A DNA stretch of 32,000 bases from Allobaculum fili (GCF_020969955.1 NZ_JAHDSX010000015.1:17758-49757); one strand, 5' to 3'; counted from the first letter of the stretch, positions 1-9,229 are shown. A program made the numbers and translations. Notes: generated by a model not told the origin, from the letters alone.

Positions 1-5
1 CACGC

Positions 6-227
6 ATGGATCTTTCCACCACAAAAGGCATCCGTCTTCTGCGCGAAGACATCGCTTCCTTCAAAAACCGTCCCGCCAACGGCTTTCTGCCCTTTGCCCG
101 CGCGATTACCATCACGACCAAAGCCGGCAAAAAATACGTCTGGATGATTAACAAGAAGGAAAAAAATCTGCCCTATCACGAAAATGGAATGCGCGCACTT
201 CTCGAATTTGGAAAAACGATTCATTAG
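6..227 (+). CDS. hypothetical protein, probably the C-terminal part of a gene that starts upstream of the window
   Basis: The frame is open from base 3 to TAG at 225-227, and a hairpin terminator follows at 326-370. The tail (GIRLLREDIASFKN...ITITTKAGKKYVWMINKK) gives only a vague PH/GRAM-like impression. Confidence 0.35.
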   Translation: MDLSTTKGIRLLREDIASFKNRPANGFLPFARAITITTKAGKKYVWMINKKEKNLPYHENGMRALLEFGKTIH

Positions 228-325
228 TACAGCGGCATGCAAGAGCGGCCGAATCCATACGGCGGTTTCCCTGCGTTTCATGGCGTTTCCATCGTTCTGG
301 ATTTTGTTTTACCCTCTGCACATAG

Positions 326-370
326 AAAAACGACCGCGATTTCGGACTGTTCCGGGTCGCGGTCGTTTTG
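326..370. terminator. bidirectional rho-independent terminator between convergent genes
   Basis: AAAAA (326-330), stem cgaccgcga (331-339) pairing with tcgcggtcg (357-365), then TTTT (366-369). It lies between the stop at 227 (+) and the icd stop at 400 (-). Confidence 0.7.
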
Positions 371-399
371 CGTTCGAATGGGCGTTTAATCTTTTCGTT

Positions 400-1605
400 T
401 TAGCCGATGCGGGCTTCGAGACGGCGGCCAATCGCCTGCAGGAACTCGGTCGAGTTCAGCTTAGTGGCCGGACGGTCGCAGAGCGCGACCAGATCGCCGG
501 TCATTTCGCCGTCTTCAATCGTCTGCAGCGTCGCTTCTTCGAGATCGTCCGCAAAATGAATCAGTTCGGGAATCTCGTCGAATTCCGCGCGTTTGCGCAG
601 CGCACCGCTCCAGGCAAAAATGGTAGCCACCGGGTTGGTGGACGTTTCTTCGCCTTTGAGATAGCGATAGTAATGCCGGGTGACGGTACCGTGTGCAGCT
701 TCGTATTCGTAGTTGCCGTCCGGAGAAACCAGAACGGACGTCATCATGGCCAGCGAGCCAAACGCGGTGGAAACCATATCGGACATGACATCGCCGTCGT
801 AGTTTTTGCACGCCCAGATAAAGCCGCCTTTCGAGCGGATGACACGGGCAACCGCGTCATCGATCAGCGTGTAAAAATACTCAATTCCAGCCGCTTCAAA
901 CCGGGCCCGGTATTCCTGGTCGTACACTTCCTGGAAAATATCCTTGAAGCGGTGATCGTACTTTTTCGAAATCGTATCCTTTGTGGAAAACCAGAGATCC
1001 TGTCTGGCGGACAGCGCAAATTCAAAGCAGCTGCGCGCGAAGGAATAAATGGAAGAATCCTTGTTGAACTGACCCTGCAAAACGCCCAGGCCTTCAAAAC
1101 GGGCAATTTCTTCTTCGATTTCAATGCCGGAATCGCCGGTAAAGACAAGACGGGCTACGCCGGGTTCTTCTACGCGGATTTCCGAAGCCCGGTACACGTC
1201 GCCAAAAGCGTGACGGGCAATCGTGATCGGCTTTTCCCAGGTGCGAACAGCCGGCTTAATGGAGCTGACCATGATCGGCGTACGGAAGACGGTTCCATCC
1301 AGAATGGCACGGATCGTACCGTTCGGCGATTTCCACATTTCGGAAAGGCCGTATTCTTCAACCCTCTGCTTATTGGGGGTAATGGTCGCACACTTGACGC
1401 TGACGCCGTATTTTTTGTTAGCCAGCGCTGCATCGATGGTGACCTGATCCTTCGTCGCTTCCCGGTTGACCAGGGAAAGGTCGTAGTACTCGCTCTTCAG
1501 ATCCACGTACGGAAGAATCAGGATCTCCTTAATCTGAGACCACAGTACGCGGGTCATTTCATCGCCGTCCATTTCGACCAGCGGTATTTTCATCTGAATT
1601 TTCAT
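400..1605 (-). CDS. icd: NADP-dependent isocitrate dehydrogenase (~400-aa eukaryote-like homodimeric type)
   Basis: 401-aa ORF starting MKIQMKIPLVEMDGDEMTRVLW, with KCATITPN and a full-length IDH1/IDH2-like layout. RBS is gaggaaaattt before the ATG. Confidence 0.93.
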   Translation of the reverse strand: MKIQMKIPLVEMDGDEMTRVLWSQIKEILILPYVDLKSEYYDLSLVNREATKDQVTIDAALANKKYGVSVKCATITPNKQRVEEYGLSEMWKSPNGTIRAILDGTVFRTPIMVSSIKPAVRTWEKPITIARHAFGDVYRASEIRVEEPGVARLVFTGDSGIEIEEEIARFEGLGVLQGQFNKDSSIYSFARSCFEFALSARQDLWFSTKDTISKKYDHRFKDIFQEVYDQEYRARFEAAGIEYFYTLIDDAVARVIRSKGGFIWACKNYDGDVMSDMVSTAFGSLAMMTSVLVSPDGNYEYEAAHGTVTRHYYRYLKGEETSTNPVATIFAWSGALRKRAEFDEIPELIHFADDLEEATLQTIEDGEMTGDLVALCDRPATKLNSTEFLQAIGRRLEARIG

Positions 1606-1721
1606 AAATTTTCCTCACAACGCATTTATTCTAATCAGAGTGAAAATGGTTTTCAAACCTGCCGGGGCCGGTTCCATTGTTTCGACTGGCTTTCCATGGG
1701 TTTTGAGTACTCTTTTCCAAA

Positions 1722-1752
1722 ATACAAAAAGCGGGCCGTTCTGGTCCGCCTT
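1722..1752 (-). terminator. putative rho-independent terminator of the small membrane-protein gene
   Basis: The minus strand reads ggcggacc-agaac-ggcccgc followed by TTTTTGTATTTT. The stem is imperfect. Confidence 0.5.
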
Positions 1753-1793
1753 TCTTTTCCTGAGATTAAACGTCTGTTTTCGGACTGGATCGC

Positions 1794-1958
1794 CTACGCA
1801 AAGAGAATGCCAAGCGTGATGGCGAAGAGCGCAAAGCTGATAATGGCTGCGATCATCCATCCGGTTTTTACCTTTTTCAAAGAAGCGACTTCTTCTTTGA
1901 GAAGTTCGATTTCATTTCGTTCCAGATCCTTTTCCATTTTGGTTTTCGGCTCGGCCAT
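1794..1958 (-). CDS. small tail-anchored membrane protein (hypothetical)
   Basis: Start chosen at MAEPKTKMEKDLERNEIELLKEEV, with GGGGAGAG RBS 4-5 nt upstream (cat at 1956-1958). It has a charged helical N-terminus and one C-terminal hydrophobic helix (WMIAAIISFALFAITLGILFA). Confidence 0.5.
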   Translation of the reverse strand: MAEPKTKMEKDLERNEIELLKEEVASLKKVKTGWMIAAIISFALFAITLGILFA

Positions 1959-2163
1959 ATACTCTCCCCGCTTTCCGTTTTTTCGTTCTGTATGCATTCC
2001 AGCAGATCTTCGATTGGAAGGTCCGCAGGACGGATTGGAAAGATCCTTTTTGCAAACTTGTCTTCGCTCATTTTACCATGATTCGGGGGCGCCCTTACGG
2101 ACACGATCGAAAGTCTGCCCGGCAATGCCTTCCTGATCTCCCCGCTGCGCGTTTCCGCCCACA

Positions 2164-2190
2164 GGAAAAGACGGTCCGAAGACCGTCTCT
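2164..2190 (-). terminator. rho-independent terminator
   Basis: Perfect 8-bp stem agacggtc (2169-2176) / gaccgtct (2181-2188) with a 4-nt loop. A T-run follows on the minus strand. Confidence 0.7.
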
Positions 2191-2214
2191 TTTCTTGTGG
2201 GAGCAGTGAGATCG

Positions 2215-2490
2215 CTATTCCTGCGCTTCCTCTTCCTCTTCGGATTCTTCTGAAGCAGAAGAAGGTTTGTGCAGGGTAAGAATATACGTTCCGTCTGCGG
2301 GGAGTTCTTCATCTTCCTTGGGCTCGCCGATAATCTCGAGCTCACAGGGATATCCCATGGATTCAAGGGTATCGAGAAGCCCCTGTTTGCCAAGCTGTTT
2401 GGTAATGCGGTAGCCACAGGCACAGTTTCCATACTGTTCCAGGCAGGAAATGATCCAGGCTGGGATCTTGCTTGAACTTGAAGTGGACAT
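2215..2490 (-). CDS. hypothetical 91-aa protein with Cys-rich N-terminal half and poly-Glu tail
   Basis: Start at MSTSSSSKIPAW, with AGGAGG 7 nt upstream (caggaggtcagatcATG). The 121-aa track ORF has no RBS at its own start. The protein ends SEESEEEEEAQE. Confidence 0.6.
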   Translation of the reverse strand: MSTSSSSKIPAWIISCLEQYGNCACGYRITKQLGKQGLLDTLESMGYPCELEIIGEPKEDEELPADGTYILTLHKPSSASEESEEEEEAQE

Positions 2491-2551
2491 GATCTGACCT
2501 CCTGTTAATTTGTGTTCGGACTTGCGTGTCGTGTTAAGTGTACCCCACATT

Positions 2552-2590
2552 GAAGAAAAACCGGACAGAAAGAAACGCAATTCTGTCCGG
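2552..2590 (-). terminator. rho-independent terminator of the Ala/Lys-rich protein gene
   Basis: 10-bp stem ccggacagaa (2561-2570) / ttctgtccgg (2581-2590). The minus strand continues TTTTTCTTC. Confidence 0.75.
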
Positions 2591-2617
2591 CACTGGGGAT
2601 TTCAGAATGAGAAAATA

Positions 2618-4624
2618 TTACTTCTCGAGAATCTCGATCAGTTTTGGATAGTAGTCGTAACGGCCGTCAATGACGCGGAGCGCATCGCGGACGATGCCTT
2701 TGGCTCTCTGCAGATCGAAGGATTCGTAAACGCTGGCGAAGCGGTAGTAAATCTGATCCTTGAGCTGGTTCTCACGCAGAACGTAAGAGTAGCCGTCGTT
2801 TCCTCTGGCGTAGTCGCCGTGCTTGATGTACAGGTCGGCGATATCCATGAGGGCGCGGTTCTGCCAGGACGCCAGGTCTTCAAACTGAGCCATGACGCCA
2901 TAGAGGAAGCCTTCGTAGTACTTCACATCGTTGTACTGCCAGCCGGCCAGGATCGTGTAGGCAACGGTCATGAAGCGGTCGAGCAGGCCGTGAAGATCCG
3001 CCGGGATAATGGTTTCCATTTCTTCGAGGGATTCGATGCCGTTCTGCTGGGCATAGACGAGAACCTGACGTACATCATCGAACAGATCCTTGTAAATGGC
3101 GGAGTCGTTGATGCCTTCGTTGATCAGCATGCGATCGACATCCTTCGCGATCTTTTCAGCAAGCTTGCGGTTGTCTTCGGCTTTATTCGGAATACGGGCA
3201 GTCAGACGGTCGCAGAGGTATTCGATCACGTTTTTCGAGAATCCGTCGACTTCGAATACGTATTTCTTTTCGGTCTTGTCGGCGAGTTTTTCGTACGCGT
3301 CTACGGCTTCTTCAATGCTCTTGGCACGGGTGAGTTCGCCAAGCAGCGTATCGAGATCCATATCGACGCCTACAGCGGACATCATATCCATGAGCGTATT
3401 GTCATCGAGCGTATCGTAGAACGCTTTTTCTTCCGCGCTCATATGTGTGATAGCGGCTTTGGCAGCGCCTTTGGCCGGGCGCACTTTGGAAGCGAGCACT
3501 TTACGGCTGGCCATAGCGGCTTCTTCACAGCGTTTGGCGGCAGTTTCCGGATCCATGTTGGATACAATTTCCGGAATCAGCTTGTTAATGGCTTCCGCAG
3601 CGGCTTCCTTGTCGGTTTTTTCGACTTTCTTAGCAGCTTTGCGTGCCGGTTTCTTAAAGGTTTTCCTGGCTTCGGCAGAATCCTTGGCGCTGCGGGCAGC
3701 GAGGTTTACCTGACCGAACGTATGGGCAGCCGCTTTGGCCGCGAGCACTTTACGGCTTGCGTCTTCTGCGCGGACTGGAGTTTCTTCTGCGGTGAGTTTC
3801 GCGACGCCTTCCATGACTTCCACGCCGGCTTTTACTTCGGCGCCTGTGGCGTTCAGACCGGCTTCGATCTGCGCTTTCGTCTGATCGCTCTGACTTTCTT
3901 CATACGCTTCTACGACAGCGGCAGATGCTTTGGCAGCTTTCTTTGTCGTTTTCTTAGCGGGGGCTTTCTTTTCAGCAGCCTTTTTTGCGGGGGCTTTTTT
4001 TGTTTTTGGAGCAGCTTTCTTCTCGGCCAGGGCGTCAATGCCTTCCATGATTTTTACACCGTCTGCGGCTTCATCAGCAATAACGGTTTCCGCAGCGACT
4101 TTTTTGGCTTCCGCTGCGATGCCTTCCATAACTTCCACGCCGGCCTTGGTTTCTTCAGCGAGAACTTTTTTGGCAGCATTCACTTCGGCAACGGTCTGAT
4201 CGCTTGCGGCAACAGCTTTTTCTGCCACCTTTTCCTGCTGTTTGTCTACGATGGCATCTACAGCCTTTTCGTAGGCAACGCCGCCTGCGGTTTCGGCCTT
4301 GAGCATATCAATGTTCGCATTGATTTCTGCCTGGGTCTGATCGCTGTTTTCCACGAGAGCCGGTTTTGCGGCTTTCTTGGCAGCCGTCTTTTTCGCGGCT
4401 GGTTTTGCCTTTTCAGCAGCAGCTTTCTTCGCTGGCGCTTTTGCGGCTTTTACAGGTTTTTTATCGGAATCTGCGGCTTCCTTGGCAGATGCTTTTGCGG
4501 GAGCTTTTCTGGAAGCTGCCGGTTTTGCGGGGGTGCTTTTCTTCGAAGCGGCACTCGCTTTTGCGGCAGGCTCTGGTTTTACAATTTCTTCAGTGCTGTT
4601 CGCAGCTGTATCTTTTTTGGACAT
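2618..4624 (-). CDS. hypothetical 668-aa protein: Ala/Lys/Pro-rich N-terminus, internal repeat modules, helical C-terminal domain
   Basis: Start at MSKKDTAANS, with GGAGG 8 nt upstream. N-terminal ~90 aa are AKKAAAKP-type low complexity, with a second such tract at aa ~200-235. The motif SDQT occurs 3 times and GV(E/K)(V/I)MEG 3 times. The C-terminal ~260 aa are ordinary globular-looking sequence. No signal peptide or TM helix seen. Confidence 0.8.
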   Translation of the reverse strand: MSKKDTAANSTEEIVKPEPAAKASAASKKSTPAKPAASRKAPAKASAKEAADSDKKPVKAAKAPAKKAAAEKAKPAAKKTAAKKAAKPALVENSDQTQAEINANIDMLKAETAGGVAYEKAVDAIVDKQQEKVAEKAVAASDQTVAEVNAAKKVLAEETKAGVEVMEGIAAEAKKVAAETVIADEAADGVKIMEGIDALAEKKAAPKTKKAPAKKAAEKKAPAKKTTKKAAKASAAVVEAYEESQSDQTKAQIEAGLNATGAEVKAGVEVMEGVAKLTAEETPVRAEDASRKVLAAKAAAHTFGQVNLAARSAKDSAEARKTFKKPARKAAKKVEKTDKEAAAEAINKLIPEIVSNMDPETAAKRCEEAAMASRKVLASKVRPAKGAAKAAITHMSAEEKAFYDTLDDNTLMDMMSAVGVDMDLDTLLGELTRAKSIEEAVDAYEKLADKTEKKYVFEVDGFSKNVIEYLCDRLTARIPNKAEDNRKLAEKIAKDVDRMLINEGINDSAIYKDLFDDVRQVLVYAQQNGIESLEEMETIIPADLHGLLDRFMTVAYTILAGWQYNDVKYYEGFLYGVMAQFEDLASWQNRALMDIADLYIKHGDYARGNDGYSYVLRENQLKDQIYYRFASVYESFDLQRAKGIVRDALRVIDGRYDYYPKLIEILEK

Positions 4625-4981
4625 ACGTAGCCTCCAATCCATTCTTTCCTTATTAGTATATCATTCTCGCCATTTTTGCACTCTCACATGAACAAATCGC
4701 AAAAGCGCGAAACGCCTTTCTTTATCGGCCGGATCGCCCGTCCGTACCGCTGCAAACTCCCGTTTTCACAAACCGCTTCTGGGGTTTTGCGCACCGGGGG
4801 ACTTGCAGTATGTTTTTACAGGCGTGATGCGAAAAGCATACAGAACGTCATTGTACCGTGAAAGATTATTTTTTCCTACAAAATGGTTCAAGGGCATCTT
4901 TAAGCTTGCTTTAAAACAGAGCGATATACTGAAACCATCAAAGATAACCAAGGAAAAAATTCATATCGAAAGGAGTTTAGT

Positions 4982-6136
4982 ATGGCAAATAACACACCCC
5001 CAAGAGTACCGAACAGAAAGTCTTCCAACCGTAAGATTTACACCAGTGTAGCGGTCATCGGCCTTTGCACGGTTCTTCTTTCCGGCGCGGCAGGCTTTGC
5101 GGGTTCCTATTTTGGAAATGCGGCAAGCCAGCCTTCGCAGCCGGCTTATAAAACTTCGGACAATACCGCAAATTCGTCCTCGAACGGTTCAACCTCGACA
5201 GCCGGCTACACCGTAACCGATGTATCGGATGTTGTGGCCAGGCTCCGTCCTTCCGTTGTGGAAATTACGACGGAATCGGTAAGCTCCGGCAACTCCATCT
5301 TCGGCCAGTACACCGCGCAGGGCGCCGGATCGGGCGTTATCCTGAGCGAAGACGGCTACATCGTTACCAACAACCACGTTGTGGAAGATGCGGATACGAT
5401 TACCGTTAAGACCTTTGACGGCAAGGAATACCCGGCTACCCTTTGCGGCACCGACCCGCAGACGGATATCGCCGTCATCAAAATCGATGCGCAGGGCCTT
5501 TCGGCAGCCACCATCGGCAATTCCGATGACATTAAAGTCGGCGAAGCGACAATCGCGATCGGCAATCCGCTCGGCTCGCTGGGCGGCACTGTTACAACCG
5601 GCATCATTTCCGCAGTCGGCCGTGAAATCACGATTGAAAACGAAACGATGACGCTGCTCCAGACCGACGCAGCCATCAACCCGGGCAACTCGGGCGGCGG
5701 TCTGTTCGATGCCAACGGCAATCTGATCGGCATTGTCAACGCCAAGCAGTCCGATACCGGTATTGAAGGTCTTGGCTTCGCCATTCCAATCAGCGATGTC
5801 ACCAACGTCATTGACGATCTCATCAGCAACGGTAAAGTCACTTCCCGTCCAGTTCTGAATGTCAGCCTGCAGGACATCACCGACAGCTACTTCAACTACA
5901 ACTCGCTTGATCCAGGCGTATACGTTGTACAGATCGTTCCGGGCGGAACCGCAGATGCCGGCGGCGTGAAATACGGCGACAAGATTATCTCGTTTGACGG
6001 CGAAGAAATTTCTTCTTCCTCGGATGTACGCAACATCCTCAAACGCCATAAAATCGGCGATGAAGTTGAAATTGTCGTTGAACGCGACGGCCAGCAGCAG
6101 ACGCTGAAGCTCACGCTCCAGGGCCCCGCAGACTAA
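4982..6136 (+). CDS. htrA: HtrA/DegP-family serine protease with N-terminal membrane anchor and C-terminal PDZ domain
   Basis: RBS is gaaaggag. TM helix is IYTSVAVIGLCTVLLSGAAGFAG. Catalytic motifs are TNNHVV (His), DIAVIK (Asp) and GNSGGGLFD (Ser). A PDZ-like C-terminus follows. Confidence 0.9.
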   Translation: MANNTPPRVPNRKSSNRKIYTSVAVIGLCTVLLSGAAGFAGSYFGNAASQPSQPAYKTSDNTANSSSNGSTSTAGYTVTDVSDVVARLRPSVVEITTESVSSGNSIFGQYTAQGAGSGVILSEDGYIVTNNHVVEDADTITVKTFDGKEYPATLCGTDPQTDIAVIKIDAQGLSAATIGNSDDIKVGEATIAIGNPLGSLGGTVTTGIISAVGREITIENETMTLLQTDAAINPGNSGGGLFDANGNLIGIVNAKQSDTGIEGLGFAIPISDVTNVIDDLISNGKVTSRPVLNVSLQDITDSYFNYNSLDPGVYVVQIVPGGTADAGGVKYGDKIISFDGEEISSSSDVRNILKRHKIGDEVEIVVERDGQQQTLKLTLQGPAD

Positions 6137-6175
6137 CCCTTCCCTTTACATAAACCCTGCTGTTCATCCCTTCCT

Positions 6176-6212
6176 GCCATTGGCGGCTATGCGCTGCCAA
6201 TGGCTTTTTTCT
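6176..6212 (+). terminator. rho-independent terminator of htrA
   Basis: gccattggcggc-tatgc-gctgccaatggc followed by TTTTTTCTTT. Confidence 0.8.
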
Positions 6213-6489
6213 TTGACCCGCTTTGATCGGTTCTGAATGCATTTGACCTGCAGCAGCCTTCCTTCCCGAATCTCCTCAATTGTCTTTGTTCGGACAATTC
6301 CTTTTTCGACCTGTGCAGAAATTTTATCGGGAAGTGTTGTTTTTTACTCACTGGGCAAGCGTTTATCATTTCCCGGAAATCCACTGAATTGTGAATTATT
6401 TCACGTTTCGTGTCGTTTAGGCGGGCACTTGGACGATCAGAAGTTTGTCCGGACTTATAATGGAGTCAGTAATTAAGGGAGGTTAACTC

Positions 6490-7464
6490 ATGGCAGACAA
6501 TCTGATTTCAAAACGAAGAATTATGCTGGTCGGAACCGGCTTTGTCGGAATGTCCTTCGCCTATTCCATGCTTCATGAAAAAGGAATCGACGAAATGGTT
6601 CTGGTGGACGTGAATGCGGACAAGGCGAAAGGCGAAGCCATGGACCTGACCGACGGTCTGGTTTATGCCGACACAAAAATGAAAGTCTACTCCGGCTCCT
6701 ACGCGGATGCGGAATACTGCAACGTGGTCGTTCTGACCGCCGGCGCAGCGCAGCGTCCGGGACAGTCCCGTCTGGAACTGGTAAAAATTAATGCGCAGAT
6801 CACCAAAGGGGTTTGCGAAGAACTGAAGAAAAACAAATTCAACGGCATTCTGCTCGTTGCCAACAACCCGGTCGACATCATGACGTACGTCGCCTGGAAA
6901 GCGTCCGGGCTGCCGAAGGAACACGTCATTGGTTCCGGTACCGTTCTCGATACCGCGCGCCTGCGAGTAGAACTCGGCGATGAACTGGGCTTTGCGCCAT
7001 CCAATATTCACGCCTACATTCTGGGCGAACACGGCGACTCGTCCTTCATCAGCTGGACCAACAGCTACATCGGATGCAAGTCCCTGCTCGAATACCTCGA
7101 TGAAAAGAACATTTCTCTCGCCCGTCTGCAGACTATTTATGAAGACGTCCGCGATAAGGCGTACAAAATCATTGATCTGAAAAAAGCAACGTATTACGGA
7201 ATCGGCCTGGCTCTGCGCCGAATCGTTACGGCGATCCTCAACAACGAGCGCTGCATTCTCCCCGTTTCTTCCTATCAGAACGGCGAATACGGCAAGTCCG
7301 GCTACTTCATCGGTACGCCAACCGTCATTGGATCCGACGGAGCGACGCAGATTCTGACGCTGCCGTTAAACGAAAACGATCAGAATCGCTTCAACAATTC
7401 GTTCGATACGCTGGTCAAGACCATTCAGGAAAACCTGGGCGACATCATCGATCTCAACGACTAA
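6490..7464 (+). CDS. ldh: L-lactate dehydrogenase
   Basis: RBS is aagggagg. N-terminal Rossmann motif is MLVGTGFVGMSFAYS. Also present are DVNADKAKGEAMDL and the GEHGDS substrate-loop motif. Length is 324 aa. Confidence 0.93.
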   Translation: MADNLISKRRIMLVGTGFVGMSFAYSMLHEKGIDEMVLVDVNADKAKGEAMDLTDGLVYADTKMKVYSGSYADAEYCNVVVLTAGAAQRPGQSRLELVKINAQITKGVCEELKKNKFNGILLVANNPVDIMTYVAWKASGLPKEHVIGSGTVLDTARLRVELGDELGFAPSNIHAYILGEHGDSSFISWTNSYIGCKSLLEYLDEKNISLARLQTIYEDVRDKAYKIIDLKKATYYGIGLALRRIVTAILNNERCILPVSSYQNGEYGKSGYFIGTPTVIGSDGATQILTLPLNENDQNRFNNSFDTLVKTIQENLGDIIDLND

Positions 7465-7543
7465 ACGCATGAGCTGAATCCAGCGGTTCATGATTCATTC
7501 CCTGTTCCATCCAAATCACAAGTTCACTATCCATAAAGTCAGA

Positions 7544-7580
7544 CAGGCCGTCTCTTTCGAAAAGAGGCGGCCTGTTTCTG
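7544..7580 (+). terminator. rho-independent terminator of ldh
   Basis: caggccgtctcttt-cgaa-aagaggcggcctg followed by TTTCTG. Confidence 0.7.
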
Positions 7581-7616
7581 CATACAGCGCTATGAATGAT
7601 TTGGGGATCCCTTCGT

Positions 7617-7880
7617 TCAGTTTTCCTGAATGTACAGCCGGCTGCTGCGCGGGAATTCCCGGGCAAAGGCTTGCTTGAGAAGTTTCTTATAGCCGTCAGC
7701 AGGCAGTTCGATTTCCTGATGAAGATAGCCGTCTTCAACAAGAAGAAACTGACCGTTTTCTTTTTTCAGGCAGACCGAGCGGTCCTTTTTAAACGTGAGA
7801 AGGCGAAGCGAGGAAAGCCGGCTCGATTTGGGAGCGTTCATCCATTTCACCTGTGCTTCACGTACGGAAATCATTTTCAT
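7617..7880 (-). CDS. hypothetical 87-aa protein, translationally coupled partner of the upstream toxin-like gene
   Basis: Its ATG overlaps the upstream gene's stop as ATGA (7877-7880). I recognise no HTH or other fold. Confidence 0.5.
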   Translation of the reverse strand: MKMISVREAQVKWMNAPKSSRLSSLRLLTFKKDRSVCLKKENGQFLLVEDGYLHQEIELPADGYKKLLKQAFAREFPRSSRLYIQEN

Positions 7881-8227
7881 GCCGCTTCCCCTTTCAAAAA
7901 GGAATCCATCTCCTGCGTGAACTCTTTTTTCAGAAGCGTTCCGGAAAGATAGAGAACATAAATCGTGGAATCCTTAACGGCAAATGCGGCCCGGCATGCT
8001 TTAACGGCGGGATCGTTGATCCGACATTCCAGAACCGGCAGATCCTGCCATTTCTTTCTGGAAGCGAGTTTGGCGTGATAAAAGCCGTTTTCACCCTGAC
8101 GGGAAAGAACATCCGCGATTTTCGAAGTCAGCGCAGGATTTTTCTGCAGATACTTGCGGCATCCGCGGCTTACAAACGCGATGGTCCAGCCCGGACGTTC
8201 TTGTGTCTGGTATAAATCTGTATTCAT
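7877..8227 (-). CDS. putative RelE-superfamily toxin of the Gp49/HigB-like type
   Basis: 116 aa. The segment LPVLECRINDPAVKACRAAFAVKDSTIYVLYLSGTLLKKEFTQEMDSFLK follows, by eye, the Gp49-like pattern (glyElR...yRi.y....g.ivlL..f.KK.q....e.). It lies first in a two-gene cassette, as in higBA. Confidence 0.4.
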   Translation of the reverse strand: MNTDLYQTQERPGWTIAFVSRGCRKYLQKNPALTSKIADVLSRQGENGFYHAKLASRKKWQDLPVLECRINDPAVKACRAAFAVKDSTIYVLYLSGTLLKKEFTQEMDSFLKGEAA

Positions 8228-8318
8228 GATTTCAGACTAGCACGCGCGTAAAACGATGTTCTTCTGGGTGCCCTTGTATGATTTTCGTCAGATCCCTTGC
8301 CAGATCAAAAGGACCAGA

Positions 8319-8352
8319 CAAAAAGGACAGAGCAAAATTCGCGTCTGTCCTT
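8319..8352 (-). terminator. rho-independent terminator of the metallophosphoesterase gene
   Basis: 9-bp stem aaggacaga (8323-8331) / tctgtcctt (8344-8352). The minus strand continues TTTGTCTGG. Confidence 0.65.
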
Positions 8353-8416
8353 GATATGCGGGTATGGAAATAAAATGGGATTTCGATTTGGATTTGGCCA
8401 GCTGGCTTTACATGCA

Positions 8417-9229
8417 TCAGCACGAAGCAAGCGCGCTGCCTTTTGAAACCGCCGGCTTTACGCTCTCCGAGGGGCATTCGGCTTTTTTGTCCGAAGCGGC
8501 TTTCTGGCTTTCTTCAAGCAGTTCATCGATCGTACGCACGTCATCAAAGAGCATGCGGCAGGGACGGCCGTCGGTAAACGTCAGCAGATCCTTGTGGTAA
8601 TGGCCGCAAAGCCAGATTTTGTAGTCTGTCTTCTTACGGATTTCTTCCAGGAATTCGAGCTGCTGAACCTGATCGGCTTCATAGCGTTCGAGCTCGAGTT
8701 CATACGTATTGGCTAAAGGATGGGAGGCGTACACGTCATGCGAAAGAATCACATCCGCCTTCCAGCCGGCTTTGGCCAGGTTGTCGAGCGCGTGCTGCGC
8801 TTCTTCCTGATTCATGATTTCCTGCTTCCACCAGTTCACGCCTTCGCTGCGAAAGGCATGATCGTGGCTGTAGCCGCCGCCTAAGGCGAGCCAGGTCTTA
8901 TTGTCAAAATGATAAATTTCGCCGCGCATCAGATGGATCACATTTGAACGGATGCGGTGGATTTTTCCGCCGTTCCACTCCTCCTGCGGGTAGGCATTGA
9001 GAATACTGAAATTTTCGTGATTGCCGTCGATGAACAGAGTTGTCCAGGGCAGAGATTCCAGCCAGTTAAGCCAGAAGTTGTCATTGGACGCCCCGTCCCA
9101 GACGCATCCGAAATCGCCGCAGACGATGAGATAATCCCCCGCCTGCATTTTCTGGGCGACTTCCGATTCTCTCGGATTGATTTTCCGGATATCGAAGGCT
9201 CCATGCAGATCGCTTGTTACATAAACCAT
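8417..9229 (-). CDS. calcineurin-like metallophosphoesterase (Ser/Thr phosphatase-like)
   Basis: Start at MVYVTSDLHG (cat at 9227-9229). The canonical motifs are in order: SDLHG, CGDFG, DGNHEN, then GGGYSHDH and GHYH. The longer 324-aa track ORF adds a non-conserved-looking leader. Confidence 0.8.
   Translation of the reverse strand: MVYVTSDLHGAFDIRKINPRESEVAQKMQAGDYLIVCGDFGCVWDGASNDNFWLNWLESLPWTTLFIDGNHENFSILNAYPQEEWNGGKIHRIRSNVIHLMRGEIYHFDNKTWLALGGGYSHDHAFRSEGVNWWKQEIMNQEEAQHALDNLAKAGWKADVILSHDVYASHPLANTYELELERYEADQVQQLEFLEEIRKKTDYKIWLCGHYHKDLLTFTDGRPCRMLFDDVRTIDELLEESQKAASDKKAECPSESVKPAVSKGSALASC

Noticed and set aside
184-2136. 650-aa plus-strand ORF spanning icd and its neighbours
   Set aside because: It is the codon-aligned antisense of icd. 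The translation is low-complexity (Arg/Phe/Gly/Val-rich) and has no RBS. The real genes, with clear family signatures, are on the minus strand. The open frame comes from avoidance of TTA/CTA/TCA codons.
2510-4630. 706-aa plus-strand ORF
   Set aside because: It is the antisense shadow of the Ala/Lys-rich gene. GCx/AAR codons read in reverse give Phe/Cys/Gly-rich nonsense. The many shorter overlapping ORFs across the window (e.g. 9793-10632, 11708-12505, 13537-14244, 21612-22364, 24230-25441, 30854-31693) were rejected for the same reason.
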